Assembly (NCBI GenBank): GCA_965214095.1
Contig: OZ243938.1
Coordinates: 1,824,001-1,888,000, forward strand
Length of the DNA: 64,000 bases
Reading direction: 5' to 3'
Source: Candidatus Poribacteria bacterium
Lineage (GTDB): Bacteria > Poribacteria > WGA-4E > WGA-3G
Numbering within the stretch: position 1 is the first letter of the stretch; every line of letters starts with the position of its first letter. Positions 42,485-52,721 of the stretch are shown here, one piece after another. Made by a program: the position numbers and the translations under genes. The notes beneath the pieces were generated by a model. That model searched no databases. It saw nothing but the letters and a program-made list of their open reading frames with translations, and was not told the DNA's origin.

Positions 42485-44729
42485 TATTTCTATGAAACAA
42501 GAATTCTGTAAAATTGATGGCGAAGTTGTTTCTATTGATGATGTTAATATATCAAAAGCAAAGGACTTCGCCAATTCAGTCATATCTTCGACTTTCGCAC
42601 ATTTTATTGAGTGTAGACGAACAAATGCTAATAATGAGATCATCGTTTTCAACGCTGAAGTCGAAATTGGTCAAAAGACCGTATACGACATAAAACCTCT
42701 TGAAAGAATCGCGGTTGAGTTTGATGTATCTGATAACTTCATGCCAGAAGTGTTAGCACTCCGTAAGAACTTTCCCTCCGTGCCACATATTAATCTACGA
42801 TCTAGAGAATTTCCAAGAAGTTTGTGCGTAACAGAACTTCCATACAGTGAGTTAAAACTGCAATGGACTGGAATAACTTTTGTTGAAGACATTAGAAGAT
42901 GGTTGGCAGAAGCAGCCAAAGATACTCTTCATGCTGAAGACCAACCCTTAGAGCCACTACTTGGGACGGCAAAAGATATTATCGTTCTTCCATACGATTT
43001 GTTCACAAGAGGCAGCATTTCTGAGCCACTGATTATTCCCATAGAAAATAAAATAAACGGACGCAGTATATATATTGCAGAACGTCACGTTGATATAGAC
43101 CAGAATCCATTAAAATATGTTGCAACTGGCTTCCTAAGCGACTGCTTAACCCATGGCATTATTAGTAAGGAACCAGCGAATCTGTACGAATTACACCAGT
43201 TTTTAGAATGTGGTAATCTCGATCTATTAAAGGAGATACAACAGCGTTTACACAAGTGGAGAAATGACATAAGAGCAGACGATATCTTATCTGCAAAGCT
43301 AATCCTGATTGTAGAACTACCGAAATCAAGGTACAGAAATACCTCACAGGAAACCACCGAGTACAAAGCTTTTTTAATTCAGAAATCGATAGAGGAAATT
43401 GGTTGCGAACTTGGTTTGTGGACAGCACATGATGGTTATGCTGTCCCGATTCTCGGTATCAATCAGCTTGAGAAAGGTGATACCATTTCAGTAGACATGC
43501 TTAATCCTGTCTTCTCACTTTCAAGTGAATTTGCTGCTCAACTTAATGGTTTTTCTTCAAGATCTAATACAAAAATAACTGCAGTTGGTTTAGGTGCTCT
43601 TGGTTCACAGGTTTTTATGAACATGGTTCGAGCTGGTCAAGGTCAGTGGACATTGGTTGACAAAGACATCTTGCTTCCGCACAATCTCTCTCGTCATGCC
43701 CTTGACGGTTTTTCTATTGGTTTCCCTAAAGTTCACGGTCTCGCTGTAAAAGCGAATAAAACAGTAGACGGGAATCCAATTGCTGACTGGATAGCTGCTG
43801 ATGTAATAAATCCTTCAGAATCTCAAGAAAACCTGCAAAAAATGAATGGAGCATTTAGCACGGCTGAAATTATCTTAGATGCTTCGGCTTCGGTACAAGT
43901 TGCACGATATTTAGTTTATAATGTTGATTCATCAGCTCGACGAATATCGATATTTCTGAACCCGCAAGGAGCAGATGTCACCTTATTAGCGGAAGATATA
44001 CAACGGAGCGCCACACTTGACTCTATAGAGATGCAATACTACCGACACCTTATAAATAATGACTATTTGGCAGATCATCTAAAGAGGAATGGTGAACGTA
44101 TTCGTTATGCGACTTCATGTCGTGATGTTAGCTATACTATTCCACAAGATTTTGTAGCACTGCAAGCCGCAATATGTAGTCGCGCAGTCCATCAATTAAC
44201 GTCTAATGATCAGGCGTTTCTGTCAATATGGCGAACTGACGAAGAACAATTCAGCGTGAAAAAATACTCATTCACTGTGAAAAAAACTATTAATTCTCAA
44301 AAAGGTGAATGGACATTATGTACCGATGAGGGATTCATCAAAAAAGTTCACGATGAACGTGAAAAGAAACTTCCAAACGAAACAGGAGGTGTGTTGGTTG
44401 GATCGTATGATATGCAGCGGAAAATCGTCTATGTTGTCGATTGTCTACCTTCTCCCTCAGATAGCGAAGAATGGCCAACTCACTATATTCGCGGCTGTCA
44501 AGGGTTACGTTCGCGAATAGAAGAAATACAGCAGATCACAGAAAACCAATTAAGATATGTTGGTGAATGGCATTCTCATCCACCGGACTGTAGTGTTAAA
44601 CCAAGCCAAGATGATCGAAAAGGCTTCAAGTGGATATCACATTATATGAAGCAGGATGGTTTACCACCTTTGTTGCTCATTGTAGGTGATACCGAAAAAT
44701 ATGCATTTTACCTAGAAGAAATTGGTTAA
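42477..44729 (+). CDS. Prokaryotic E2 - E1 (ThiF) - JAB fusion protein
   Basis: E2: FPSVPHIN...RSLC. E1: VGLGALGS, VDKDILLPHNLSRH, ILDASAS, TSCRD. JAB: ETGGVLVG, GEWHSHP...PSQDD. Confidence 0.9.
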   Translation: MDNISMKQEFCKIDGEVVSIDDVNISKAKDFANSVISSTFAHFIECRRTNANNEIIVFNAEVEIGQKTVYDIKPLERIAVEFDVSDNFMPEVLALRKNFPSVPHINLRSREFPRSLCVTELPYSELKLQWTGITFVEDIRRWLAEAAKDTLHAEDQPLEPLLGTAKDIIVLPYDLFTRGSISEPLIIPIENKINGRSIYIAERHVDIDQNPLKYVATGFLSDCLTHGIISKEPANLYELHQFLECGNLDLLKEIQQRLHKWRNDIRADDILSAKLILIVELPKSRYRNTSQETTEYKAFLIQKSIEEIGCELGLWTAHDGYAVPILGINQLEKGDTISVDMLNPVFSLSSEFAAQLNGFSSRSNTKITAVGLGALGSQVFMNMVRAGQGQWTLVDKDILLPHNLSRHALDGFSIGFPKVHGLAVKANKTVDGNPIADWIAADVINPSESQENLQKMNGAFSTAEIILDASASVQVARYLVYNVDSSARRISIFLNPQGADVTLLAEDIQRSATLDSIEMQYYRHLINNDYLADHLKRNGERIRYATSCRDVSYTIPQDFVALQAAICSRAVHQLTSNDQAFLSIWRTDEEQFSVKKYSFTVKKTINSQKGEWTLCTDEGFIKKVHDEREKKLPNETGGVLVGSYDMQRKIVYVVDCLPSPSDSEEWPTHYIRGCQGLRSRIEEIQQITENQLRYVGEWHSHPPDCSVKPSQDDRKGFKWISHYMKQDGLPPLLLIVGDTEKYAFYLEEIG

Positions 44730-45903
44730 CATTAAAATGGAATGTAAAACGTCAGAAAATGATTTGAAAATAGGAATAGCCTTATCAGGTGGAGGCGTTA
44801 GAGCTTCTGTTTTTCACTTGGGGGTTCTTGGTAGACTTGCAGAGGACAAACTCTTGGAGAATATTACGCGCATTTCAACTGTATCTGGAGGAACACTTGT
44901 AACAGGGATGATTTTCTCAATCACAGGATACAAATGGCCGACCAGTGAGTTTTTTCTTCAGCAATGTCTTATCCAGGCGCGCGACTATTTTACTAAAAAA
45001 GATATTCAAACCAAGGCATTCGTTTGGGGTATTCGCAAACCGCTCTCTCTTATTCAAAAAAGAGCGAATTTAATTTCCAAAAGCATTCAAGATTGTTGGA
45101 ATATCTCAGGAAACCTTAATGACCTCCCGCTCCAACCCCGATGGACTATAAACGCCACTACGTATGAATCAGGCAAAAACTGGCGTTTTATCCCGCAGCG
45201 TAGGATGGGTGATTATATCATAAATCATGTCAAAAACCCAAATATTCTTTTAGCCGATGCAATGGCTGCCTCAGCGGCTTATCCGGGATTAATTGGTCCA
45301 CTTACCTTAGATACGCGAAAATACAGCTGGTATGAGTATGAAGGTAAAACGCAAATTCAAACTCAACCGAAATTCAAGAAACTTCACCTTTGGGATGGAG
45401 GGCTCTACGAAAATTTAGGAGTAGAACCTCTCTTCAAAATTGGAGAAAAACACAAATATCACGATGATTGTAATTTTTTGGTTGTAAGTGATGCTTCTAA
45501 TCCTATCGGCAGCAAAAGGCATACTGGGATGTTTTGGAAAAGTGCAATTCGACTTATTGACATTTCAATGGACCAAGTTAGAAGTCTAAGAACCCGCTCT
45601 CTGATAAATCACTTTGAAAATAATGTAAATTCGGGCGTTTACTTCAAAATAGGGAATACTGGGCGTAAAATATTAGAAGCAGTGGAAACAAACGTTAATA
45701 TAATTGATAAGTTAACAGAAAATAGTTTGTCACCAAGAGATGCACATTTGGCAGAAAATTTTGAAACTACCCTAAGGAAACTATCAGTAGACGAATATGA
45801 CTTACTATATCAACATGGTTGGGAGGTTGCAAACTTCACACTTCAGGCACGATGCCCAAATCTTTTCCAAAACATGTTTTGGAAACCCAACTTCTTAGTT
45901 TGA
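44722..45903 (+). CDS. Patatin-like phospholipase
   Basis: LSGGGVRA, STVSGG (nucleophile Ser), ASAAYP and DGG motifs. Confidence 0.9.
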   Translation: MVNIKMECKTSENDLKIGIALSGGGVRASVFHLGVLGRLAEDKLLENITRISTVSGGTLVTGMIFSITGYKWPTSEFFLQQCLIQARDYFTKKDIQTKAFVWGIRKPLSLIQKRANLISKSIQDCWNISGNLNDLPLQPRWTINATTYESGKNWRFIPQRRMGDYIINHVKNPNILLADAMAASAAYPGLIGPLTLDTRKYSWYEYEGKTQIQTQPKFKKLHLWDGGLYENLGVEPLFKIGEKHKYHDDCNFLVVSDASNPIGSKRHTGMFWKSAIRLIDISMDQVRSLRTRSLINHFENNVNSGVYFKIGNTGRKILEAVETNVNIIDKLTENSLSPRDAHLAENFETTLRKLSVDEYDLLYQHGWEVANFTLQARCPNLFQNMFWKPNFLV

Positions 45904-46204
45904 CCTTCAGTTTCACCGCCATTCCAGCCCACCCATCAGACAAACGAAACATCGGTATTTCCACGAAATTATGCAGGACAACTTGATTTGGAAGCACAAA
46001 CCTACCAGCAGAGTAAACAATCGTATCGGAACAGATTTAACAATGTTTTACCGAGTATGGTAAAGTTTAGAATTAAAGGGTATTGGTTAAATAATGATGC
46101 GGTAATTAGTGGGTACCCTCTGAACCGCTCTGCATCACATTTCAATGAGAGTAGAGTTAATGATAACATTTATGACAAAAATCGTCAATCAAACTGATAA
46201 ACTG

Positions 46205-46355
46205 GGGCGTGTAGAGTTTTTGGTATGAATATCACAGTAACCATTGTATTGCGGGTCTCCGTGCCCCGCAATTGATGGGAGGAAAGATGGCGGGGCACGG
46301 AGACCTCGCAATACAATGGATGGTCCGAAGTTAGAGCCAAGAACTTTACACACTC
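46205..46355. mobile_element. MITE with IS256-like ends and an inverted REP pair
   Basis: Ends gggcgtgtagagtttttgg / ccaagaactttacacactc; flanks ataaactg / acaaactg; internal gggtctccgtgccccgc...gcggggcacggagacc. Confidence 0.7.
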
Positions 46356-46632
46356 ACAAACTGATTTTGTTTGACAGATGTAGCTAAAACCTACCCTTAT
46401 TGAAAACAAACTCGCTGCTCTATAGAGGACAACATGAAGAATAGCCCAAGATGTCAACACACTCACTCTGTCAGAAACGGGTTCGTCAAAACGAAACAAC
46501 GCTATAAATGCAAAAACTACTGTTATCAATAGACGCGCACAACACCACGGGGAAACCACAAGCACAGAAAACTCTTACCGTTCTCTTAAATTGCCACGGC
46601 ATCTCAATGAATGCTATCTCAAAATTTATCGG

Positions 46633-46745
46633 AATTAGTCGTTTTGGGATTAAGCATACTTATGAAAAGGCTTTAGAGACTTTTCATAAGTATGTAGCAT
46701 AAATATAGGTTTATAGTAATTTTTCAAATCCCAAAACGACTAATT
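46633..46745. mobile_element. MITE of about 110 bp inside the IS1 remnant
   Basis: Perfect 19-bp inverted repeat aattagtcgttttgggatt / aatcccaaaacgactaatt; the outer AATT may be the target duplication. Confidence 0.8.
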
Positions 46746-47139
46746 GCGAAACTTATTAGATGCAACGTAACAACTTTGCTTCAATGGATACGCACATTTG
46801 CTAAAAAACAGACACCGAAACAAACACTCACACCCGGCACCACCGTCTGCTTGAAACTTGATGAGATGTGGCACAATATTGGGAACAAGAAAAACAAACT
46901 CTGAATATGGAAGGCACTTGACAGAAACATAGGATACCTCATTGAATGGAAATGTGGTGGTCGTGATAGACAAACCCTTGAAAAACTCACAGCAAGGATC
47001 TCACCCCTCAATGCTAAGATATATTACACAGACAAATGGCAGGTCTATGCGTTGGTTCTACCTGCTGCAAGACATGTTCAGGATAAAGCGGAGACGCATC
47101 GCATTGAACGCGACAATGGTCAAATGCGCCACTAGTTCG

Positions 47140-47326
47140 GGGTGTGTAAAGTTATTGGCATTAACTTCGGACCATCCATTGTCTTGCCAAATCAACGGTA
47201 TGAATGCGCTTATGGCATTCCCCGGGTCTCCGTACCCCGGTATCTTCAATCTACCAACAAGGGCGGGGCACGGAGACCCCGTAAGACAATGACTGATGAG
47301 ATGTGTGCCAAAAACTTTACACACTC
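47140..47326. mobile_element. MITE with IS256-like ends, inverted relative to 46205..46355
   Basis: TIR gggtgtgtaaagttattggca / tgccaaaaactttacacactc with a 9-bp TSD actagttcg; it splits the InsB frame. Confidence 0.85.
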
Positions 47327-47635
47327 ACTAGTTCGGACGCTTCAAGCTCAAGTCCATTATTGTTTCCAAAAGCATAGAAATGGTGAATTTGACGATTGCT
47401 TGGTCCACACGATTGCATGTCAATGGCAACGTGTTTGACATTTTAAAACTCGGCGGAGTAGAAAACATGAATATCATTATTTAAACAATACCTTCTAGGA
47501 TTAATTAGACACTCTGCATCAAGCGAGGTTAAGAAACCGCCAAATCAACGGTATGAATGCTATTTAGCATTCTCTGTCTCCGTAGCGATGAAAGTATCTA
47601 TTTATTTTGAGTATTATATTACTATAAGCTTTATC

Positions 47636-49090
47636 TTACTTAACCAAAACTACCCAATGCGATTTTGTGGGTGGAGATAACGTTATGCTATCACTGAACG
47701 GAATTTTCTGTTCTTTTTTCCATTCGGCTTTTCGGATATTTAGCCATCTGATTGAAATTGTATCAGCATCTGTCTTTTCAACAGCACTAAGGTGCAACTC
47801 AACCGACCCTCCTTTAGGAAAATAGACCGCATATTCCTTTCCAAGGTTAACAAAGGCATAAGCTTCGTTTTCTTCTCTGTTGGAGAGCAGGTGATTGTGG
47901 GGATGACTCTTAAACACATCCATTTCGTCTGTGATCATTCGCATACTCTTGATATTCGCTTGCGACAGTTTGCTTAATCCGAGTCCATTAGGCGGACGGT
48001 GAGACCGCGCTGATGCGCATCCACCAAAGATATTTCGCCAGAATCGCGCCAACCCATCTTGTGTCTTACCATATTTCCCGGTGTCAGCACCGTAAATCTT
48101 AACATTATTGATGGGACGTAACGGTGAAAGATTTACTCTATATTGTTGTGCATTATCCCAATGTGTCTGGCCTCTTTGAGTGTTATTTTGTGATATATCA
48201 CAAAACGAATATATCTCTGGATGATCCTTTGTATTTCGATGTTGCCTATGATTTATTTCCCACGGATTCCACATTTCAGTCGTTTCAACACCGCGTCCAA
48301 CCTCTGCTGCTCGACTCTTGATGTAAGTTGACCAGTATTCACCCCATGCAGGCGTAACTGCAGTCTCATTGTCCATACAGTAGAGTATGTGTCCATAAGG
48401 TAGTGTCTCTGAAAGAAGCTTATCCACATATTTTTGTTGATATTTTAGGACAATTTCCTGATTGTTCTTTTTCGGCACAGACCAGAAGAAGTTATTTTCC
48501 GCTGCACTTGGATGACTGTCAACAACAGTGGGTAACTCTGTTTCCTCTGTGGTGTAATTGCTATTATTTTTCGGATTAAATGGATTGACATCCCAATAAT
48601 CTCTGTAATAGTTGAAAGTTGCCCACACTTCAATCTGAACGATAATATCCAACTCGTGAGTCCATTTGATGAAGTTACCAAAACGTGTCCAAAATTCATT
48701 GCTCCACTGATTTAAGTCATACAGATCACCGACTTTTTTAAAGGGAGGCACATCGACTGCCTCAGTCCATCCCATCGTAGACCTAACATAGTTTCCACCG
48801 ACAGACTTCAATAATTCAAGATGCTCTTTGAGATTCGGTATCTGAAACAGATTGTCATCAACTGAACCACCGAGTAGCAGCACAGGTTCGCCTTTATATT
48901 GCCAGTAACGCGGATTATCTTTATAAATCTGGATTCTGTTTTTCTCCATCTCTATATCCTCGTTGGCTTCGGCATCTGAATCCGCTGTTATGCAAACAGA
49001 CATGAATAGCAGTTGAGACAATACAAATATGCTAACTAAGAGTGGTCGGCACAGACATTTCATTAGATTGTCTCTCAAATTTGAATACAT
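47636..49090 (-). CDS. Secreted putative glycoside hydrolase (clan A-like TIM barrel plus C-terminal beta domain)
   Basis: Signal-like N-terminus, NPRYWQYKGEP, GGNYVRSTM and MDNE motifs. Confidence 0.65.
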   Translation of the reverse strand: MYSNLRDNLMKCLCRPLLVSIFVLSQLLFMSVCITADSDAEANEDIEMEKNRIQIYKDNPRYWQYKGEPVLLLGGSVDDNLFQIPNLKEHLELLKSVGGNYVRSTMGWTEAVDVPPFKKVGDLYDLNQWSNEFWTRFGNFIKWTHELDIIVQIEVWATFNYYRDYWDVNPFNPKNNSNYTTEETELPTVVDSHPSAAENNFFWSVPKKNNQEIVLKYQQKYVDKLLSETLPYGHILYCMDNETAVTPAWGEYWSTYIKSRAAEVGRGVETTEMWNPWEINHRQHRNTKDHPEIYSFCDISQNNTQRGQTHWDNAQQYRVNLSPLRPINNVKIYGADTGKYGKTQDGLARFWRNIFGGCASARSHRPPNGLGLSKLSQANIKSMRMITDEMDVFKSHPHNHLLSNREENEAYAFVNLGKEYAVYFPKGGSVELHLSAVEKTDADTISIRWLNIRKAEWKKEQKIPFSDSITLSPPTKSHWVVLVK

Positions 49091-50527
49091 CTATTTCACT
49101 TGAACCAAAACTGTCCAATGGACTTCGGTCGGTGCACTTAGCGTGATACTATCACTATAGGGAATTTCCGATTCTATTTTCCATTCGCTTTTATTGATGT
49201 TTAACCATCTGATTTTCACATTTTTAGCATCTTCCTGCTTACCAACACTCAGGTTAAGATCAACCAAACCACCTTTTGGAAAATAGACAGCATATTCCTT
49301 TCCAGGATTGGCAATCGTATATGCTTCGTTATCTTCTCGATTAGATAGCAGTTCATTGTTAGGTTCGCATGTAAAGATGTCCATTTCGTCAGTAATCATA
49401 CGCATACTCTTGAGATGTGGTTGTGCAACTTTGCTCAAACCGACTCCGCTATCCGGACGGTGAAACCGTGCTGATGCGAATCCGCCAAAGATGTTTCGCC
49501 AGAACCTTTCCAGTCCATCTCTTGTACTACCGAATCGTCCACCATTAGCACCGTAAATCTTAATATTGTTGATAGGACGTATCGGAGATAGTTCTGCGCG
49601 TATTTTCTGTGCATTATCCCAATGCTTTTGACGTTTTTGGTGGTTATTCTGCGATATATCACAGAAGGAATAGGTTTCTGGGTGGTCAAAAGTCGCTTTA
49701 TGTTTCTCGTCAGACAAGTCCCACGGATCCCACATCTCAGTGGTTTCAACAACGCGACCCGCATCAGTTGCCTTTTTCTTGATATAAGTTGACCAGTATT
49801 CACCCCAGGAAGCTGTAACAGCCGTCTCGTTGTCCATGCAATAGAGTATATGTCCATACTGAAGTGTCTCCTCAAGAAGCTTATCCACAAACTTTTCCTG
49901 ATATTTCAATACTATCTCTTGATTCCGTTCTTTAGGAACTGACCAGAAAAAGTTGTTCTTCGCTGCAACAGGATGGTCTTTGACAACAGTAGGTAATCCC
50001 GATTCTTCCACGGTGTAATTGCTGTTATTGATAGGGTTGAAAGGATTCACAGCCCACGGTTCGCGGTAATAGTTGAAAGTTGCCCACACCTCAATCTGCA
50101 CAATAATATCCATCTCGTGTGTCCACTTAATAAAGTCACGAAAACGCTTCCAGAATTCATCGTTCCACTGATTTAAGTCATATTTGTCGCCGACTATTTT
50201 GTGCGGTGGCACATCACCTTCATCGACCCAACTCATCGTAGACCGCACATAATTACCACCGACAGACTTCAATAACTCCAGATGTTCTCTCAGATTCGGT
50301 ATCTGGAATAGGTTATCTTCAACTGAACCACCAATTAGCAGGATGGGTTCACCCTTATACTGCCAATAACGCGGATTATCTTTGTAAATCTGTATCCTAT
50401 CTTTTTCCATTTCTACATCCTTCTTGGCTTGGGTATCCCATGCTACTATGGAGCAAACGGATACGAATATTAACAGAAACAACACAAGTTTGCCGATAGG
50501 CATGTGTTGACTGTATCGGCTTTTCAT
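49091..50527 (-). CDS. Secreted putative glycoside hydrolase, tandem paralog of 47636..49090
   Basis: Colinear with high similarity, including the MDNE motif. Confidence 0.65.
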   Translation of the reverse strand: MKSRYSQHMPIGKLVLFLLIFVSVCSIVAWDTQAKKDVEMEKDRIQIYKDNPRYWQYKGEPILLIGGSVEDNLFQIPNLREHLELLKSVGGNYVRSTMSWVDEGDVPPHKIVGDKYDLNQWNDEFWKRFRDFIKWTHEMDIIVQIEVWATFNYYREPWAVNPFNPINNSNYTVEESGLPTVVKDHPVAAKNNFFWSVPKERNQEIVLKYQEKFVDKLLEETLQYGHILYCMDNETAVTASWGEYWSTYIKKKATDAGRVVETTEMWDPWDLSDEKHKATFDHPETYSFCDISQNNHQKRQKHWDNAQKIRAELSPIRPINNIKIYGANGGRFGSTRDGLERFWRNIFGGFASARFHRPDSGVGLSKVAQPHLKSMRMITDEMDIFTCEPNNELLSNREDNEAYTIANPGKEYAVYFPKGGLVDLNLSVGKQEDAKNVKIRWLNINKSEWKIESEIPYSDSITLSAPTEVHWTVLVQVK

Positions 50528-50651
50528 GGTATTGCCCCCTGAACAGAAAGGTTATTATACGAGAAATACATCCAGCAGCATATATTATAACATGCAATTC
50601 AGAACAGATTACCAACCCCTTTAATTGCGGCACACGGATATCCGTGAAAGA

Positions 50652-52643
50652 CTAAAATGCACGTATAACTTTTGCAACGAAACGTTGGGTAAATTCTGAT
50701 GCATTCGGATCACCAAGGATGATAAAAAAGTCTGTACCAGCATAACCAGATCGACGTAACGCGAAATAGATATTCAGATTATTTGCTTGCCAAATTAAAC
50801 GGCTTCCAATACTTAAGGCAGGTGTGAAGTCATAGCCGAGTGTTAGAATCTGTTGGTAACGTCTCTCAAAATGCCATTGTATACTGGAGGAAAGTCCTGC
50901 TGTTATTCCATAAATACGAAGATTCAGGTTTCCACTAACACGATGTATCCGCTCATCCGCACGTTCACCCCAACTATAACCAACACTAACATTGTTAAAC
51001 TGATCCGAGGAACGGGCTTTTAATCTGATGTTAATTACACTATCAGTGAATTCTTGGAATCGTCCGCCATACCAACCCACAGAAAACCCATAGTCACTAT
51101 GTGTCGAGAAGTTTGAAAAGACAGAGATGTCACGCTGAAACACCTCACCATCATAATTGTTAGCCGCGATTCCATTTGCACCAATGAAAACACTACGGAT
51201 GAATCCCTGTCGCCATTCGTTTGAGATAATGCCTTCTATGCCTCCGCCACGAAGACCGGTGAACGGTTGATATCCGAGGTCATTTACGAAATCTGGATCC
51301 ACAGAATACCCGAATAACACTGATTGAAATAGCGAACCGTTGTATCTTAAATACACATTTCCGGTTCTACCATCTGATTCACCTTTCCAACTTTGAGTGA
51401 AGCTGGATTCCGCTGAAAACTTACCGCGTCTTACACTCCCTGAAAGATGACCTACACTGTTTATATCCGTGTTGGGACGATGGTGTGATAGGAACCCCCC
51501 GATAATGTGAGAAGTTGCCGTTATGGATTGTTTCGCACGTAGAATAAAGTTCTGATTGTTGCGATGATATGTCCCTAACGTGCCGACTGAGGTGTGTTTT
51601 CCTAATTTTCCAAAGAGTTTTAACCCTCCATCCATATCCATTATCCTGCGTGAATAGAAAAGGGTTCCAAGATGGTAGACATTTCCACCTTCGGAGAAAA
51701 ACGGACGACGGTCATCCACATAACGTTCACTGTAAGAGAAGTCAATGCTTTCCACAGATTGCTCAATGTTATCAAAATCTGGATTTGCTGTCCCGATAAG
51801 ACGTAGTTGTGGCGTAATCTCATAGCGTAGGTCTCCACCTGCACGAGCCGTATATTTCCTGTCATCCAGTGCTGTTTCACTGATACCGCCAATCAGATAT
51901 GGCAGGAACTTTAACTCACGTTGTCGCTTCGGTGGTAACACATCAATCCAGTGTCCATCGTTTTCTCGAAATTCTCGAACACCTAAATTACACCACCATG
52001 ATCGCTCTCCGGTTCGTTGTTGAAATCTATCAAGATTGATACCCATCCGAATAGGTTGTGTTGTATCAGGATAATCCAAAATCTGCCATGGGATTTGCAT
52101 CTCTACAACCCAACCGTCATCCACAATCTTGGCTGCAGCATTCCAAAGTCCAATCCATTCGCTCTTTGCCGCACGTCCGGTGGCGAGATGCGCGTATTTT
52201 GTGCCAATTGGATTGGTCATGAAGAAATTTCTATCAGAAAATTGATGTGTGTGGAATGGGTCAAGACTAAAAGAAACCCAATCATCTCCTCCAATTCCCG
52301 TTTGATCCTTTGTTTGACGCGCTACAATTTTATCTGGCATATCATCATATAGATGAAGTCCAACATAGATGGCTGCGTCATCATAAACGAGCCAACCGAT
52401 AGATTGATTCTTTGCTGGTTTTTCAGTGCGTTGGTCGGTGAATCCGATGGCTTGTGGAGCATCTTGCCAACAAGCATCATTGAGCACACCATCAATGGTG
52501 GGGACGTGTTCTATTTTGACTGCGGAAAGTTCTTTCTGGACGGTTTGTGTGGTTTGTTCTGCCGTAGTTAGCAAGTTTATGTGTAATATTAGCAATAGTG
52601 TGATGAATAATAATTGTGTGTATTTATTCTGTAGTATGTTCAA
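50652..52643 (-). CDS. CBM9-like + DUF5916-type outer membrane protein
   Basis: PTIDGVLND..W, GWVVEMQIPW, NPDF..IE, RPFFSEG and FYSRRI motifs, C-terminal F; TTG start after GGAGG. Confidence 0.75.
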   Translation of the reverse strand: MNILQNKYTQLLFITLLLILHINLLTTAEQTTQTVQKELSAVKIEHVPTIDGVLNDACWQDAPQAIGFTDQRTEKPAKNQSIGWLVYDDAAIYVGLHLYDDMPDKIVARQTKDQTGIGGDDWVSFSLDPFHTHQFSDRNFFMTNPIGTKYAHLATGRAAKSEWIGLWNAAAKIVDDGWVVEMQIPWQILDYPDTTQPIRMGINLDRFQQRTGERSWWCNLGVREFRENDGHWIDVLPPKRQRELKFLPYLIGGISETALDDRKYTARAGGDLRYEITPQLRLIGTANPDFDNIEQSVESIDFSYSERYVDDRRPFFSEGGNVYHLGTLFYSRRIMDMDGGLKLFGKLGKHTSVGTLGTYHRNNQNFILRAKQSITATSHIIGGFLSHHRPNTDINSVGHLSGSVRRGKFSAESSFTQSWKGESDGRTGNVYLRYNGSLFQSVLFGYSVDPDFVNDLGYQPFTGLRGGGIEGIISNEWRQGFIRSVFIGANGIAANNYDGEVFQRDISVFSNFSTHSDYGFSVGWYGGRFQEFTDSVINIRLKARSSDQFNNVSVGYSWGERADERIHRVSGNLNLRIYGITAGLSSSIQWHFERRYQQILTLGYDFTPALSIGSRLIWQANNLNIYFALRRSGYAGTDFFIILGDPNASEFTQRFVAKVIRAF

Positions 52644-52670
52644 TTTGTGTCCTCCATGATGTATGTACTC

Positions 52671-52706
52671 AAAAAATGCCGAATGCACAAAACAGCATTC
52701 GGCATT
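52671..52706 (-). terminator. Intrinsic terminator after the ECF gene
   Basis: Stem aatgccgaatgc / gcattcggcatt followed by a T-run on the minus strand. Confidence 0.7.
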
Positions 52707-52721
52707 AAAACTAAGTGTTTC

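Larger units (their letters stand above)
46434..47483 (+). pseudogene. IS1-family transposase remnant (InsA/InsB) with stops and two MITE insertions
   Basis: Hand translation: PRCQ...RNG...KQRYKCK (InsA); LDEMW...IWKALDR...YYTDKW...THRIERDN...GRFK...SKS (InsB). Confidence 0.8.

Noticed and set aside
41375-45903. Calling the operon canonical CBASS, Pycsar or Bil
   Set aside because: No nucleotidyltransferase, cyclase or ubiquitin-like gene is visible; the first gene has MBL motifs.
46185-47438. Several short ORFs sharing CVKxLALTSDHPL
   Set aside because: They are translations of MITE termini and IS1 debris, not genes.
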